A stretch of 64,000 bases of DNA from Deltaproteobacteria bacterium TL4 (lineage in GTDB: Bacteria > SAR324 > NAC60-12), in assembly GCA_051382335.1 (NCBI GenBank), contig JBBCAX010000094.1:20462-84461 (forward strand), given 5' to 3'. The stretch's first letter is position 1; each line of letters opens with the position of its first letter. The notes under the pieces were generated by a model, which searched no databases, was not told where the DNA came from, and was given only the letters and a program-made list of their open reading frames with translations. This document shows, piece by piece, positions 8,946 to 17,453 of this stretch. A program made the position numbers and the translations under genes.

Positions 8946-10862
8946 TTACTGTATCTGAAAAGCTTGATGAAGGCGCTTTGCGAACGATGAGGAAACGCTG
9001 GTGACTTGCATCCGTTTCTCGGTTGCTGGAATCGATACTTTTTGAGTAGGAGCATATATGTGCTGTATATAGTGTTGAATTATTTTTTTCGCCACGGGGC
9101 CTGCACCAGAGGAGCCAGCAATTCCGTGTTCTACTAAAACGGCGACGGAAATCTCAGGGTCTTCAATCGGACCAAAGGCAATAAACCACGCATGATTTTG
9201 AAATTCCCTTTTTTCTTTGTCTCCTTCTTCGAGCAGTGCCAAAGTGGTATGATCGATGACTTGAACCGTCGCCGTTTTGGCCGCAAGTTTAAACTCAGGG
9301 AATCGGACACTCCGTGCGGTGCCATGATCGTCGTGAACCGCAGCTATCATGCCTTTACGGATTATGGCTAACGCCTCTTTATTCAGGCCCAAGGACTGAG
9401 GTACGGGATGGTCTGTAGACAGAATCAAACGAGGAGTCGCCCACAAGCCATTATTCGCGATAATATTTGTAAAATTAACCATTTGAAGCGGGGTTACAAC
9501 CAAGGCGCCTTGACCAATTGAAACAGGAGGCGTCTCGCCTAAGTACCACTGCTCACCAAACTTTTCAAGTTTCCATTTTTCATTGGGAAGTTCACCCTTT
9601 TTTTCGTGAGGTAAATCAAGGCCTATCTGTTGACCAAACAAAAACTTCTGTGCATAATCATGGAGGTTCTCAATTCCCACCTCTTGACCCACATTATAGA
9701 AAAAAACATTACAGGATTCTCTGATGGCATCAACAATACTCACAACACCGTGTCCGCCATGCTCCCATTTCCAACACTTGAAGGGCGTTTTGCGCCCCTT
9801 GATGTAATAAAAACCACGACATGTAAATGTAGTCTTCTCGTCAATGAGTTTCAAATCCAACCCCGCGTATCCCGTAACCAATTTAAAGATAGACCCTGGA
9901 GGATATCCACCTTGAATCGCTTTGTTTTCCATAGGGTGTCGTAGGTTGTTTTTAAGTCGATTCCAACTTTTTCGGCTGATCCCCGAAGCAAAAAGATTAG
10001 GGTTGAAGCCTGGAAAACTATCCATCCCCAAGATCTCACCCGTCTTGGGGTTCATCACCACAACGGCGCCACTCTTGTCTTTCATCGCATCGTAAATCAT
10101 TTGTTGTATTCGAATATCAAGCGTTAAGTAGACATCTTCTCCGGGAATAGGATCCACAGGCCGGTTCAAGACTCGTAGTTCTCTTCCGACATGGTCAACT
10201 TCAATCTGCTTTCCCCCATCGGTTCCAATCAAAATATCATTTTTAACTAACTCAATTCCTGCCTTGCCTACGATGGTCCCTGAAATTTTTTTTTCCTCAG
10301 GAAGCTGTTCCTCCTGTTCTTCATCTCGAATACCCACATAGCCTAGAACATGTGACGCGATTTTATGATAAGGGTACAAACGTCGTGAGTTCACGACAAT
10401 GGAAACACCAGGAAAATCTTCTTGATAGGTTTCAACTAAAATCATTTTGTAATAATCCAGATCAGCATCCAGGATGATAGGCTTAAAGGGGGCTTGCGTA
10501 TTATGATCATTTACTTTTTTTCTTAGTAAAGCCAACGGGAGATTCAGCGCCTTGGATAGGTTCGACAGTGTTTTTTCCATATCAGGGGTATCTTCTCGAA
10601 TGACCTGGAGTTGATAGGCGGGACGGTTATCCGCGAGAGCAATCCCGTTTCTGTCATAAATGATTCCACGATGTGCGGGTTGAGGGACTAAACGGATTCG
10701 ATTTCCTTTTGAAAAATCAGCATATTTTTGACCTTGAAGAATCTGCAAATACCAAAGTCGGGAAGCCAGGAGCGAAAAAACGAAGGCGATACCAATCCCG
10801 ATTACCATAACCCTATTTCGAAACAGCAACGCTTCTTCTGGTTGTAGGGGGTCAGTTGTCAT
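8946..10862 (-). CDS. mrdA: Penicillin-binding protein 2
   Basis: N-terminal TM, RGIIYDRNG, SxxK (GSIFK), SxN (SCN), third motif reads KTA; follows mreD. Confidence 0.93.
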   Translation of the reverse strand: MTTDPLQPEEALLFRNRVMVIGIGIAFVFSLLASRLWYLQILQGQKYADFSKGNRIRLVPQPAHRGIIYDRNGIALADNRPAYQLQVIREDTPDMEKTLSNLSKALNLPLALLRKKVNDHNTQAPFKPIILDADLDYYKMILVETYQEDFPGVSIVVNSRRLYPYHKIASHVLGYVGIRDEEQEEQLPEEKKISGTIVGKAGIELVKNDILIGTDGGKQIEVDHVGRELRVLNRPVDPIPGEDVYLTLDIRIQQMIYDAMKDKSGAVVVMNPKTGEILGMDSFPGFNPNLFASGISRKSWNRLKNNLRHPMENKAIQGGYPPGSIFKLVTGYAGLDLKLIDEKTTFTCRGFYYIKGRKTPFKCWKWEHGGHGVVSIVDAIRESCNVFFYNVGQEVGIENLHDYAQKFLFGQQIGLDLPHEKKGELPNEKWKLEKFGEQWYLGETPPVSIGQGALVVTPLQMVNFTNIIANNGLWATPRLILSTDHPVPQSLGLNKEALAIIRKGMIAAVHDDHGTARSVRFPEFKLAAKTATVQVIDHTTLALLEEGDKEKREFQNHAWFIAFGPIEDPEISVAVLVEHGIAGSSGAGPVAKKIIQHYIQHIYAPTQKVSIPATEKRMQVTSVSSSFAKRLHQAFQIQ

Positions 10863-11358
10863 AAGTCTTATCAGAATTAAGATGCATCACCGCTTCTGTT
10901 TTTCTCAAAATCAGGAACAGCAGCGGTGAAATTAAGCTTTGAATTACGGCCACAGGAAGTTCTGTTTGAAAAAACAGAGTATTCCAGGACAGTTGAGAAA
11001 GAATTTTCAAGAAAAAAGCTGCAAGGCCACCTTCAACAATGGACAGCAGGAAAACAAAAAACACGGTAGAGAAGACATTGTTCTCGTAAAAGGAATCTCC
11101 CACCCATCGTACTATAATTAAAGACAAAAAATAAGAAATCCCATAAAGGCCGATCATTGAGTGTGAGAAGGCATCGCTCATCATTCCTAACAGTAACCCA
11201 TAGAACAACAGGAAGGGATTCTGCCACCGTAAAGTTAAAATAATGAGGGTGATGAATACCAGATCCAGTTTAAATCCCGCAATCTGAAGGGTTCGGCTGA
11301 ACAGGACTTCGATCCAGAAACTGAACAATCCCGAAAGAATCCAAAAAATATAGTTCAT
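10852..11358 (-). CDS. mreD: Rod shape-determining protein MreD
   Basis: Hydrophobic 168 aa ORF between mreC and mrdA, overlapping both. Confidence 0.85.
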   Translation of the reverse strand: MNYIFWILSGLFSFWIEVLFSRTLQIAGFKLDLVFITLIILTLRWQNPFLLFYGLLLGMMSDAFSHSMIGLYGISYFLSLIIVRWVGDSFYENNVFSTVFFVFLLSIVEGGLAAFFLKILSQLSWNTLFFQTELPVAVIQSLISPLLFLILRKTEAVMHLNSDKTYDN

Positions 11359-12200
11359 CGTTTTGAAAAAAGAGAGTTTCCAGGAGTTTTTGATGTTTTT
11401 AGAATCACAAAGACCCCCTCTATTTTATTAAAATCAACGATAGGCGTCAAATACGCAGTTTGAAACAACTCATATTCTTCATGATGAATTTCCGAGACAA
11501 TCCCAATGAGTAATCCCTTTGGAAAAAGACCACTGAGTCCATTCGTCACGACCCGGTCGCCGACCTTAATATCCGACCGCAGATGCAGTTGACGTAATTC
11601 AATGCCATTCTGGGTTCCATAAATAATCCCTTTTTTCCTTGTTCTTTGAATGATGGCAGGAAATCGGCTTCGATGATCCAGTATCAATTGAACCGTTGAT
11701 TGAAAGGGGGTTACCGACTGAATTCTTCCCACCACCCCTTCCTTAAGAATGACTGCAAAATTTCTTTGTATGCCATGATGGGAACCTCGGTTGATAAAAA
11801 GGGTCTTGTGAAAATTATCAATGGATTCCCCAATAACTTCCGCAAAGATCTTTTTATCAGGGTTTTGTACCGCAAACTCTAATTGTATTTGCAAGCGATG
11901 ATACTGGATGGATTCCTCGATATATTGATCGACTTCTTCTTGCAGTGAGGCTAATTGCTTTTTCAGGTTTTCATTTTCTTCATGCAATTGCACAAGGTAA
12001 AAATAGGAATTGGCGACATTTGTGGTAGAACTTAGGACTTGATGGACCAAGGCCTGAATTGGATACGTTATGGTTTGGGTAAAAACCTGAAGTTTGGTAC
12101 CGTCTTCCTGTCTTCCGGTTTGGAAGAGAAAGATCAAGGTCACAATAATGGTAAAAAAGATCGATAAAAACAAACGATATTTTTTGATGAAATCCAACAT
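11355..12200 (-). CDS. mreC: Rod shape-determining protein MreC
   Basis: TM then coiled coil (LHEENENLKK), INRGS..GI, GVVGRI, GDRVVTNGLSGLFPKG. Confidence 0.93.
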   Translation of the reverse strand: MLDFIKKYRLFLSIFFTIIVTLIFLFQTGRQEDGTKLQVFTQTITYPIQALVHQVLSSTTNVANSYFYLVQLHEENENLKKQLASLQEEVDQYIEESIQYHRLQIQLEFAVQNPDKKIFAEVIGESIDNFHKTLFINRGSHHGIQRNFAVILKEGVVGRIQSVTPFQSTVQLILDHRSRFPAIIQRTRKKGIIYGTQNGIELRQLHLRSDIKVGDRVVTNGLSGLFPKGLLIGIVSEIHHEEYELFQTAYLTPIVDFNKIEGVFVILKTSKTPGNSLFSKR

Positions 12201-12311
12201 AGTTCAGGTATCCACTTAGGCCAACACATCGAAGAAAAGGGGGTTGGAACAAACGAGATACCAGCCTTAGCATAGATTCTTCAAACTTTGTAGTTGAAAC
12301 ACAAAGTTTGA

Positions 12312-13652
12312 TCAGTTTTCCGCAAGCTCTCTTAAAATGCCAATCGGTCTCACAATATAAGGGGCCTTATTTATTTCTTGTGTCGCTTGTTGGATCAACA
12401 GTTCCTGACAGGCTTCCAGTGTCAAGGTGAAGATGACTGTCGATTCTCCATTGCTTGCAATATTGTGGTATTGAGGCAACTGCTCCAACGCATAAATATT
12501 GATTTTATATTTTGCTAAAATGTTGCCAATATTTCCCACAATGCCAGGACTGTCTCTAACTTGAAACCGCAAGGTGTGCTTAAAACGATACTCGGAGAAA
12601 GGGGATAAGGCACTTTTAACAGGTGTTTTTTCATCAGAGGGAACAGGGGTTTGTCGGATCTTGTAAATATCCGCTAAAATCGCAGATGCCGTAGGCAAGC
12701 TTCCCGCGCCTGGACCGATCAATGAAATTTCTTGAGCATAACGTTCCTGAATCGTGATGATATTGGTCGAACCCTGAATTTTTGAAAGCGTATGCTCCGC
12801 GGGTAACATCAAAGGAAGGACAAACGCGTTAACACGACCGTCATTCCAACTGGCATAAGCAATCAGTTTGATTTTTTTCCCCATCCGTTCAGCGTATTCA
12901 AAATCGGGCAGGTCCAGGTGGTCGATGCCCTCAACGTGGAGAGACTCAACCTCAAGCCATTGTCGCGTGATCAAGTAGTTTAAAATCACAAGTTTATACC
13001 TGGCATCATAACCTTTGACATCATTGCTCGGATCCTGTTCCGCAAAGCCTTTTTCCTGGGCCTCGCCCAAGGCCTTGGCATATGAAATTCCTCGCCGTTC
13101 CATCGCACTTAAAATATAATTGGTTGTGCCATTCACAATGCCTAACAGATTTTTAATATCAGGAGCATAAAAATAATTTTGTAATAATCGTAGCACAGGG
13201 ATGGCACCACCAACACTTGCTTCAAAAAGTAAGTGCCGTTTATTTTGGATAGCCAGTTGCGTTAAGTCATGCCCATGGGTTGCCATCAAATCCTTATTCG
13301 CGGTGACCACATGTTTCCCGTGAGTGAGCGCCTGTGTGATGACCTCTTTCGCAAAACCCCGTCCGCCAACAGTTTCCACAATCAAATCCAGTTCGGGATC
13401 ATGGATCAGCTCCTCCAGGGACTGGACAAATAACTCAGGATTTCGTTCATAAATAGGCTGGGCATAAGGACCTTGGAGGTTCTTTTCCAAAATGGCTCTT
13501 AAATGAATCGGAGAAGCCTGCTGGTCATGACATTGAGTTATTTTTGCCACCCCACTACCAATTGTTCCTAAGCCTACAATGGCTATTTGAAATTTTGCTT
13601 GAGTCATAAGTGTTTCTGAGCTTAAGGATGATCCGAAAAAACGGGTTATCAC
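12312..13652 (-). CDS. hom: Homoserine dehydrogenase with C-terminal ACT domain
   Basis: GLGTIGSG, HVVTANK, FEASVGGAIP, NGTTNYIL, GPGAG, ACT motif DSPGIVG; alternative start 13607. Confidence 0.95.
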   Translation of the reverse strand: MITRFFGSSLSSETLMTQAKFQIAIVGLGTIGSGVAKITQCHDQQASPIHLRAILEKNLQGPYAQPIYERNPELFVQSLEELIHDPELDLIVETVGGRGFAKEVITQALTHGKHVVTANKDLMATHGHDLTQLAIQNKRHLLFEASVGGAIPVLRLLQNYFYAPDIKNLLGIVNGTTNYILSAMERRGISYAKALGEAQEKGFAEQDPSNDVKGYDARYKLVILNYLITRQWLEVESLHVEGIDHLDLPDFEYAERMGKKIKLIAYASWNDGRVNAFVLPLMLPAEHTLSKIQGSTNIITIQERYAQEISLIGPGAGSLPTASAILADIYKIRQTPVPSDEKTPVKSALSPFSEYRFKHTLRFQVRDSPGIVGNIGNILAKYKINIYALEQLPQYHNIASNGESTVIFTLTLEACQELLIQQATQEINKAPYIVRPIGILRELAEN

Positions 13653-14029
13653 GTATGAGCGATAGCCTCTATTTCTATAGCAACGCCTTTCGGCAACGCA
13701 CTGACTTCAACACAAGACCGTGCGGGTTTAAACGCTTCAAAATATTCGTTATAAATCTGGTTGAATTCGCTAAACCTGGACATATCCGTTAAAAAAATAC
13801 TAACCTTCAATACGGCGTCCAGACTGGAACCCCCTGCTTTTAAAATGGCACTTAAATTGTCCAGAACCAGGCGGCATTGAGAGGAAAAAGGTTCGGTGAC
13901 CAAATCACCCGTCTTGGGGTTGATCGCAATTTGCCCTGAGATGAACAAAAGGTCTCTATACTGTATGGCCTGGGAGTACGGTCCTACAGGAGCAGGCGCA
14001 TCGGTGCTGGTGATGATCGTTTTTTGCAT
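13649..14029 (-). CDS. ridA: RidA/YjgF family enamine deaminase
   Basis: APAPVGPYSQAI, ISGQI, PARSCVEV..LPK...IEIEAIA. Confidence 0.92.
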   Translation of the reverse strand: MQKTIITSTDAPAPVGPYSQAIQYRDLLFISGQIAINPKTGDLVTEPFSSQCRLVLDNLSAILKAGGSSLDAVLKVSIFLTDMSRFSEFNQIYNEYFEAFKPARSCVEVSALPKGVAIEIEAIAHT

Positions 14030-14111
14030 TTTGTATTTTTTATGGTTTAAGGTGAACATTAAAGACCCATTATCTACTATTTTTGCTGACAGTCAGGCAA
14101 GATATTTCCTA

Positions 14112-14208
14112 CGGGGTGTGCTTAAGCGAAGCGAGCGCACCAGAAAACGGCTGTCCTCTTTGTGGTATGCTCGCTACGCTTGCGGCACCCTATTTATGCT
14201 CAACGCCT
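14112..14208. repeat. Degenerate REP-type hairpin doublet (family D)
   Basis: Same-orientation diverged copy of 38589-38685 (GGGTG.GCTTAAGCGAAGC.AGCGCACCAGAAA...GCGGCACCCTA.TTATGCTCAAC.CCT). Confidence 0.85.
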
Positions 14209-14224
14209 CTTCTTGGGCAGTCTC

Positions 14225-15688
14225 CTAGTTAGGGAATTGTTCCTGGATTTTCTTGATGATGCCTTTTGTAAGAAGGTCCAGGAATGCAGCGACAACGTCG
14301 GGTGCAAGGTGGTTTCCAGAACATTTTTTTAGCTCCGCCACAACTTCTTCTTCACTCCAGGCTGGCTTGTAAACACGCTTGGAACATAAAGCATCATAAA
14401 CATCCGCTACAGTGACGATTCTCGCGCTGAGAGGAATTTCCTTCTCTTTCAGCCCTTCCGGGTATCCGGTTCCATCATATTTTTCATGGTGATAATGCGC
14501 AATCTGCCGGGCTGTGTCAAAAAAGGGTTTATCTCCTAAAATCTGAGCCCCTTTTTTGGTGTGGGTTTTCATCACGGTCCATTCTTCTTCAGTCAAGGGA
14601 CCTGGTTTGTTGAGAATACTATCAGGAATCGCGATTTTGCCAACATCATGCATCATACTTGAATATCCAATTTCCTCCGCTTCCGCCTCATCATACCCCA
14701 TATGACGTGCAATGACTTCAGAGTAAAAGCGAACCCGACGGACATGATTTGCCGTGTCTTTGTCTTTTGCGTCACTGGCAAGCGCCAGAGTAAAGATGGT
14801 ATCAATATTAGCTTCCCTGATTTCCAAGGTCCGGAGTCTTACTTTTTCTTCAAGTTCTTCATTGAAACGCTTCAGTTCTTCATTTAAGCGCTCTTGCTCC
14901 TTCATCAATTTTCGGGTTCGAAGGTGTGTTCCAACCCTGGCATTAAATTCTTCATGGGCAAACGGCTTAATGATATAGTCATTCACCCCAATTTGCAGCA
15001 AGTTTTTAATTTGCTCGGTATCATTAACGGTGGTGGACATAATGATCGGAATTTGATCATAAGCGGAGTTTGAACGAATGAGCTTTACAAACTCAATGCC
15101 ATTCATATGAGGCATATTGATGTCACTGATGACCAAATCCACCTTTTCATAACAGGCCTGGAATTTATTCCAGGCAATGAGTCCATCTTCGCAGGGGGTG
15201 AGTTCACAATTAATTTGTGGGAGCAAAAATTGATACATGGCCATAATGGACCGGGTATCTTCCGCAACTAAAACGTGTTGAGTTTCACGAAGTTCACTAA
15301 TGGTTTTTAAAGTGTTAGGAGCAGGTTTCAAGATGGATTTTACCCGATCTTGTAAGTGCTTTGGTGCAAAAGGTTTGACTAAATATTCAATAGCTCCGGC
15401 TTCAAAGGCTCTGGTTTTGACCTCAGGGTCATCAATGGAGGAAATGATAATCACCGGAATCATCCGGGTTTGAGGCAGTTTTTTTAATAGGGAACAGGCT
15501 TCCAGACCGTTGATACCAGGCATCTGAATATCCAGGGTAATCAAATCAGGAATCCATTGAGTCGCTTTTTCAATACACTCTTCTCCATTTCCAGCCTTTT
15601 GAACCTCAACCTCTAAAGGTTCCAGGAACCCTTCAATCAGGCTACACATGGAGGGACTGTCATCCGTGATGAGGATTTTTGCACTCAT
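14225..15688 (-). CDS. Response regulator with two REC domains and HD-GYP c-di-GMP phosphodiesterase domain
   Basis: REC1 LDIQMP, REC2 SDINMP, MHDVGK, HHEKYDGTGYP, VADVYDAL. Confidence 0.92.
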   Translation of the reverse strand: MSAKILITDDSPSMCSLIEGFLEPLEVEVQKAGNGEECIEKATQWIPDLITLDIQMPGINGLEACSLLKKLPQTRMIPVIIISSIDDPEVKTRAFEAGAIEYLVKPFAPKHLQDRVKSILKPAPNTLKTISELRETQHVLVAEDTRSIMAMYQFLLPQINCELTPCEDGLIAWNKFQACYEKVDLVISDINMPHMNGIEFVKLIRSNSAYDQIPIIMSTTVNDTEQIKNLLQIGVNDYIIKPFAHEEFNARVGTHLRTRKLMKEQERLNEELKRFNEELEEKVRLRTLEIREANIDTIFTLALASDAKDKDTANHVRRVRFYSEVIARHMGYDEAEAEEIGYSSMMHDVGKIAIPDSILNKPGPLTEEEWTVMKTHTKKGAQILGDKPFFDTARQIAHYHHEKYDGTGYPEGLKEKEIPLSARIVTVADVYDALCSKRVYKPAWSEEEVVAELKKCSGNHLAPDVVAAFLDLLTKGIIKKIQEQFPN

Positions 15689-15831
15689 AAACGCCTTTTT
15701 CATTTCTAAAAACAATTACCAAACCGGCTTATGTACTGAGTCCCTAAACGCTATGATAGGTGTTTCCACAAGGTCACTGAAACACGAAGGAGACAGGGAA
15801 GTGGCCAGGAAACACAATCAGGAGTCCCCGT

Positions 15832-16806
15832 TTACAGGGTAAACATTTTTTTCCTCAAAAATTGATACCACTGAGGACGAGAAAACAAAGTCCGGTCCAA
15901 GCCATAGAGTTCGGCTTTATTAAGGGAAAAAACTTCCTTAAGGACCTGAGGTGACTTTATATTTCCCTCTGCGATTAATGGCTTTTTTGTATATTTGGCA
16001 ACCCACTCTATGAACGTTTCTTCCGTCTCAAAGAATTTATTCATAACATGAATGGTGATAGGATGGAAGAGGTCAACCCCATTTTTTTCCAGCAGATCAA
16101 TCAGTTCCTGAAGTTCTTCCACAGTAAAGCCATCTTCAAGTTTATCATGAATGGAAAAATAATAACTGATGGGGATCTTTTTGGAGATCCGTCCCCGGAT
16201 GTTTTGGATGATTTCATTGGTAAGACGCAGACGGGATTCCATGTCAGAGGTTCCGTATTTATCATCACGATTATTGTAGCGCAGAGAGACACATTGATCC
16301 AGCAGACACTGGTTTGAGCCATCGATCTCTATAAAATCCATGCCTACTTCTTCCGCTCTTTCTGCGGCATGGGTATAAAAAAGTTGGATTTCTTCAATAT
16401 CGCCCTCATCAAACTCCCGGCTCATATCATAATCTTTGCCAAAGTTGATCATGGACGGGCCTACCGGTTGTTCTCCGCAAATATCCTCTGAGGTTTTGGC
16501 ACCCGCATGGGACAAACGGATACCAATCACGGAACCTTCTTTTTTTACACTTTTGGCTAGCTTTTCCAAACCCTCCAAATGTTCTTCATCGGAAATTCCG
16601 AGCTGACAGATATGTCGCCGTCCCTGTTTAGCGACATACGCGGATTCAATAATGACGGTCCCCAGTCCTTGTCGGGCAAGGCTCGTGTAATAGCGAACCA
16701 GCTCAGGATTGACTCGGCCATCGATATTAGCCTGATTGCCAATCATGGGGGAGGATAAGATACGGTTTTTAAACTGAAGTCCTAAAAGTGAAAATGATGT
16801 AAACAT
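15832..16806 (-). CDS. NADH:flavin oxidoreductase / Old Yellow Enzyme family protein, atypical active site
   Basis: KNRILSSPM, YY..LARQG.G.VI.E, LSHAG, N.R.D.YG motifs. Confidence 0.8.
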   Translation of the reverse strand: MFTSFSLLGLQFKNRILSSPMIGNQANIDGRVNPELVRYYTSLARQGLGTVIIESAYVAKQGRRHICQLGISDEEHLEGLEKLAKSVKKEGSVIGIRLSHAGAKTSEDICGEQPVGPSMINFGKDYDMSREFDEGDIEEIQLFYTHAAERAEEVGMDFIEIDGSNQCLLDQCVSLRYNNRDDKYGTSDMESRLRLTNEIIQNIRGRISKKIPISYYFSIHDKLEDGFTVEELQELIDLLEKNGVDLFHPITIHVMNKFFETEETFIEWVAKYTKKPLIAEGNIKSPQVLKEVFSLNKAELYGLDRTLFSRPQWYQFLRKKMFTL

Positions 16807-16848
16807 AATTAATTATCAGAAAATGAAGTTATCAAAAAATAAAGACCG

Positions 16849-17175
16849 TCACTTGGCCATTCTATTCGCTTTTTCTTCTATTCCAGATTGGCCAAATCGA
16901 CGGCCAAACTCTTTTTCGATGGCGTCCAGGGAAATCCCTTGTTGAACCATCAATACCATCAGGTGAAACCACAGATCCGTTAATTCATAAACACATTCGT
17001 CTGTGCTCGTGTTTTTTGCGGCAATAATCACTTCTGCCGTTTCTTCACCCACTTTTTTCAAAATCGCATCCACTCCCTTGTGGAGCAAGGAGTGGACATA
17101 AGATTTTTCGGCTGACCCCGTTTGCCCTCTTTCCAGAATGACATTATATACTTCCGAAAACGATTTTGATTCCAT
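16849..17175 (-). CDS. hisE: Phosphoribosyl-ATP pyrophosphatase
   Basis: SYV..LL.KG...ILKKVGEE..EVIIAA...E..DLWFH...RRFGQSGIEEKA.R. Confidence 0.93.
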   Translation of the reverse strand: MESKSFSEVYNVILERGQTGSAEKSYVHSLLHKGVDAILKKVGEETAEVIIAAKNTSTDECVYELTDLWFHLMVLMVQQGISLDAIEKEFGRRFGQSGIEEKANRMAK

Positions 17176-17275
17176 AATATATCCCGACAGACACTTTCAG
17201 AGGAGGTTCCTCACAAAATTTGCCTTATCCCTGAAAAAGGGGTTGACTAAAGCAATTTTTATGATTAACAGAGAC

Positions 17276-17356
17276 ACAGGGAGGGTTCACCATCTAAGGA
17301 ATTCAGTGATCATAACCTTGCATTCCCTGTTCATTGGTATAGGGATAGCTTTTTTT
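17276..17356 (+). promoter_or_regulatory. Candidate structured leader (terminator/antiterminator) or small RNA
   Basis: TCCCTGT (17324-17330) can pair with ACAGGGA (17276-17282) or with ATAGGGA (17339-17345), which is followed by T7; TTGACT at 17243. Confidence 0.5.
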
Positions 17357-17453
17357 ACTTCAAAACACAATCCCTTGTTGCATTCGAATACTTTCCCTTA
17401 GCGTCTTTTAGAATTTGAATGGCTTGCAACGATGTTAATTACTAGGAGATTTC

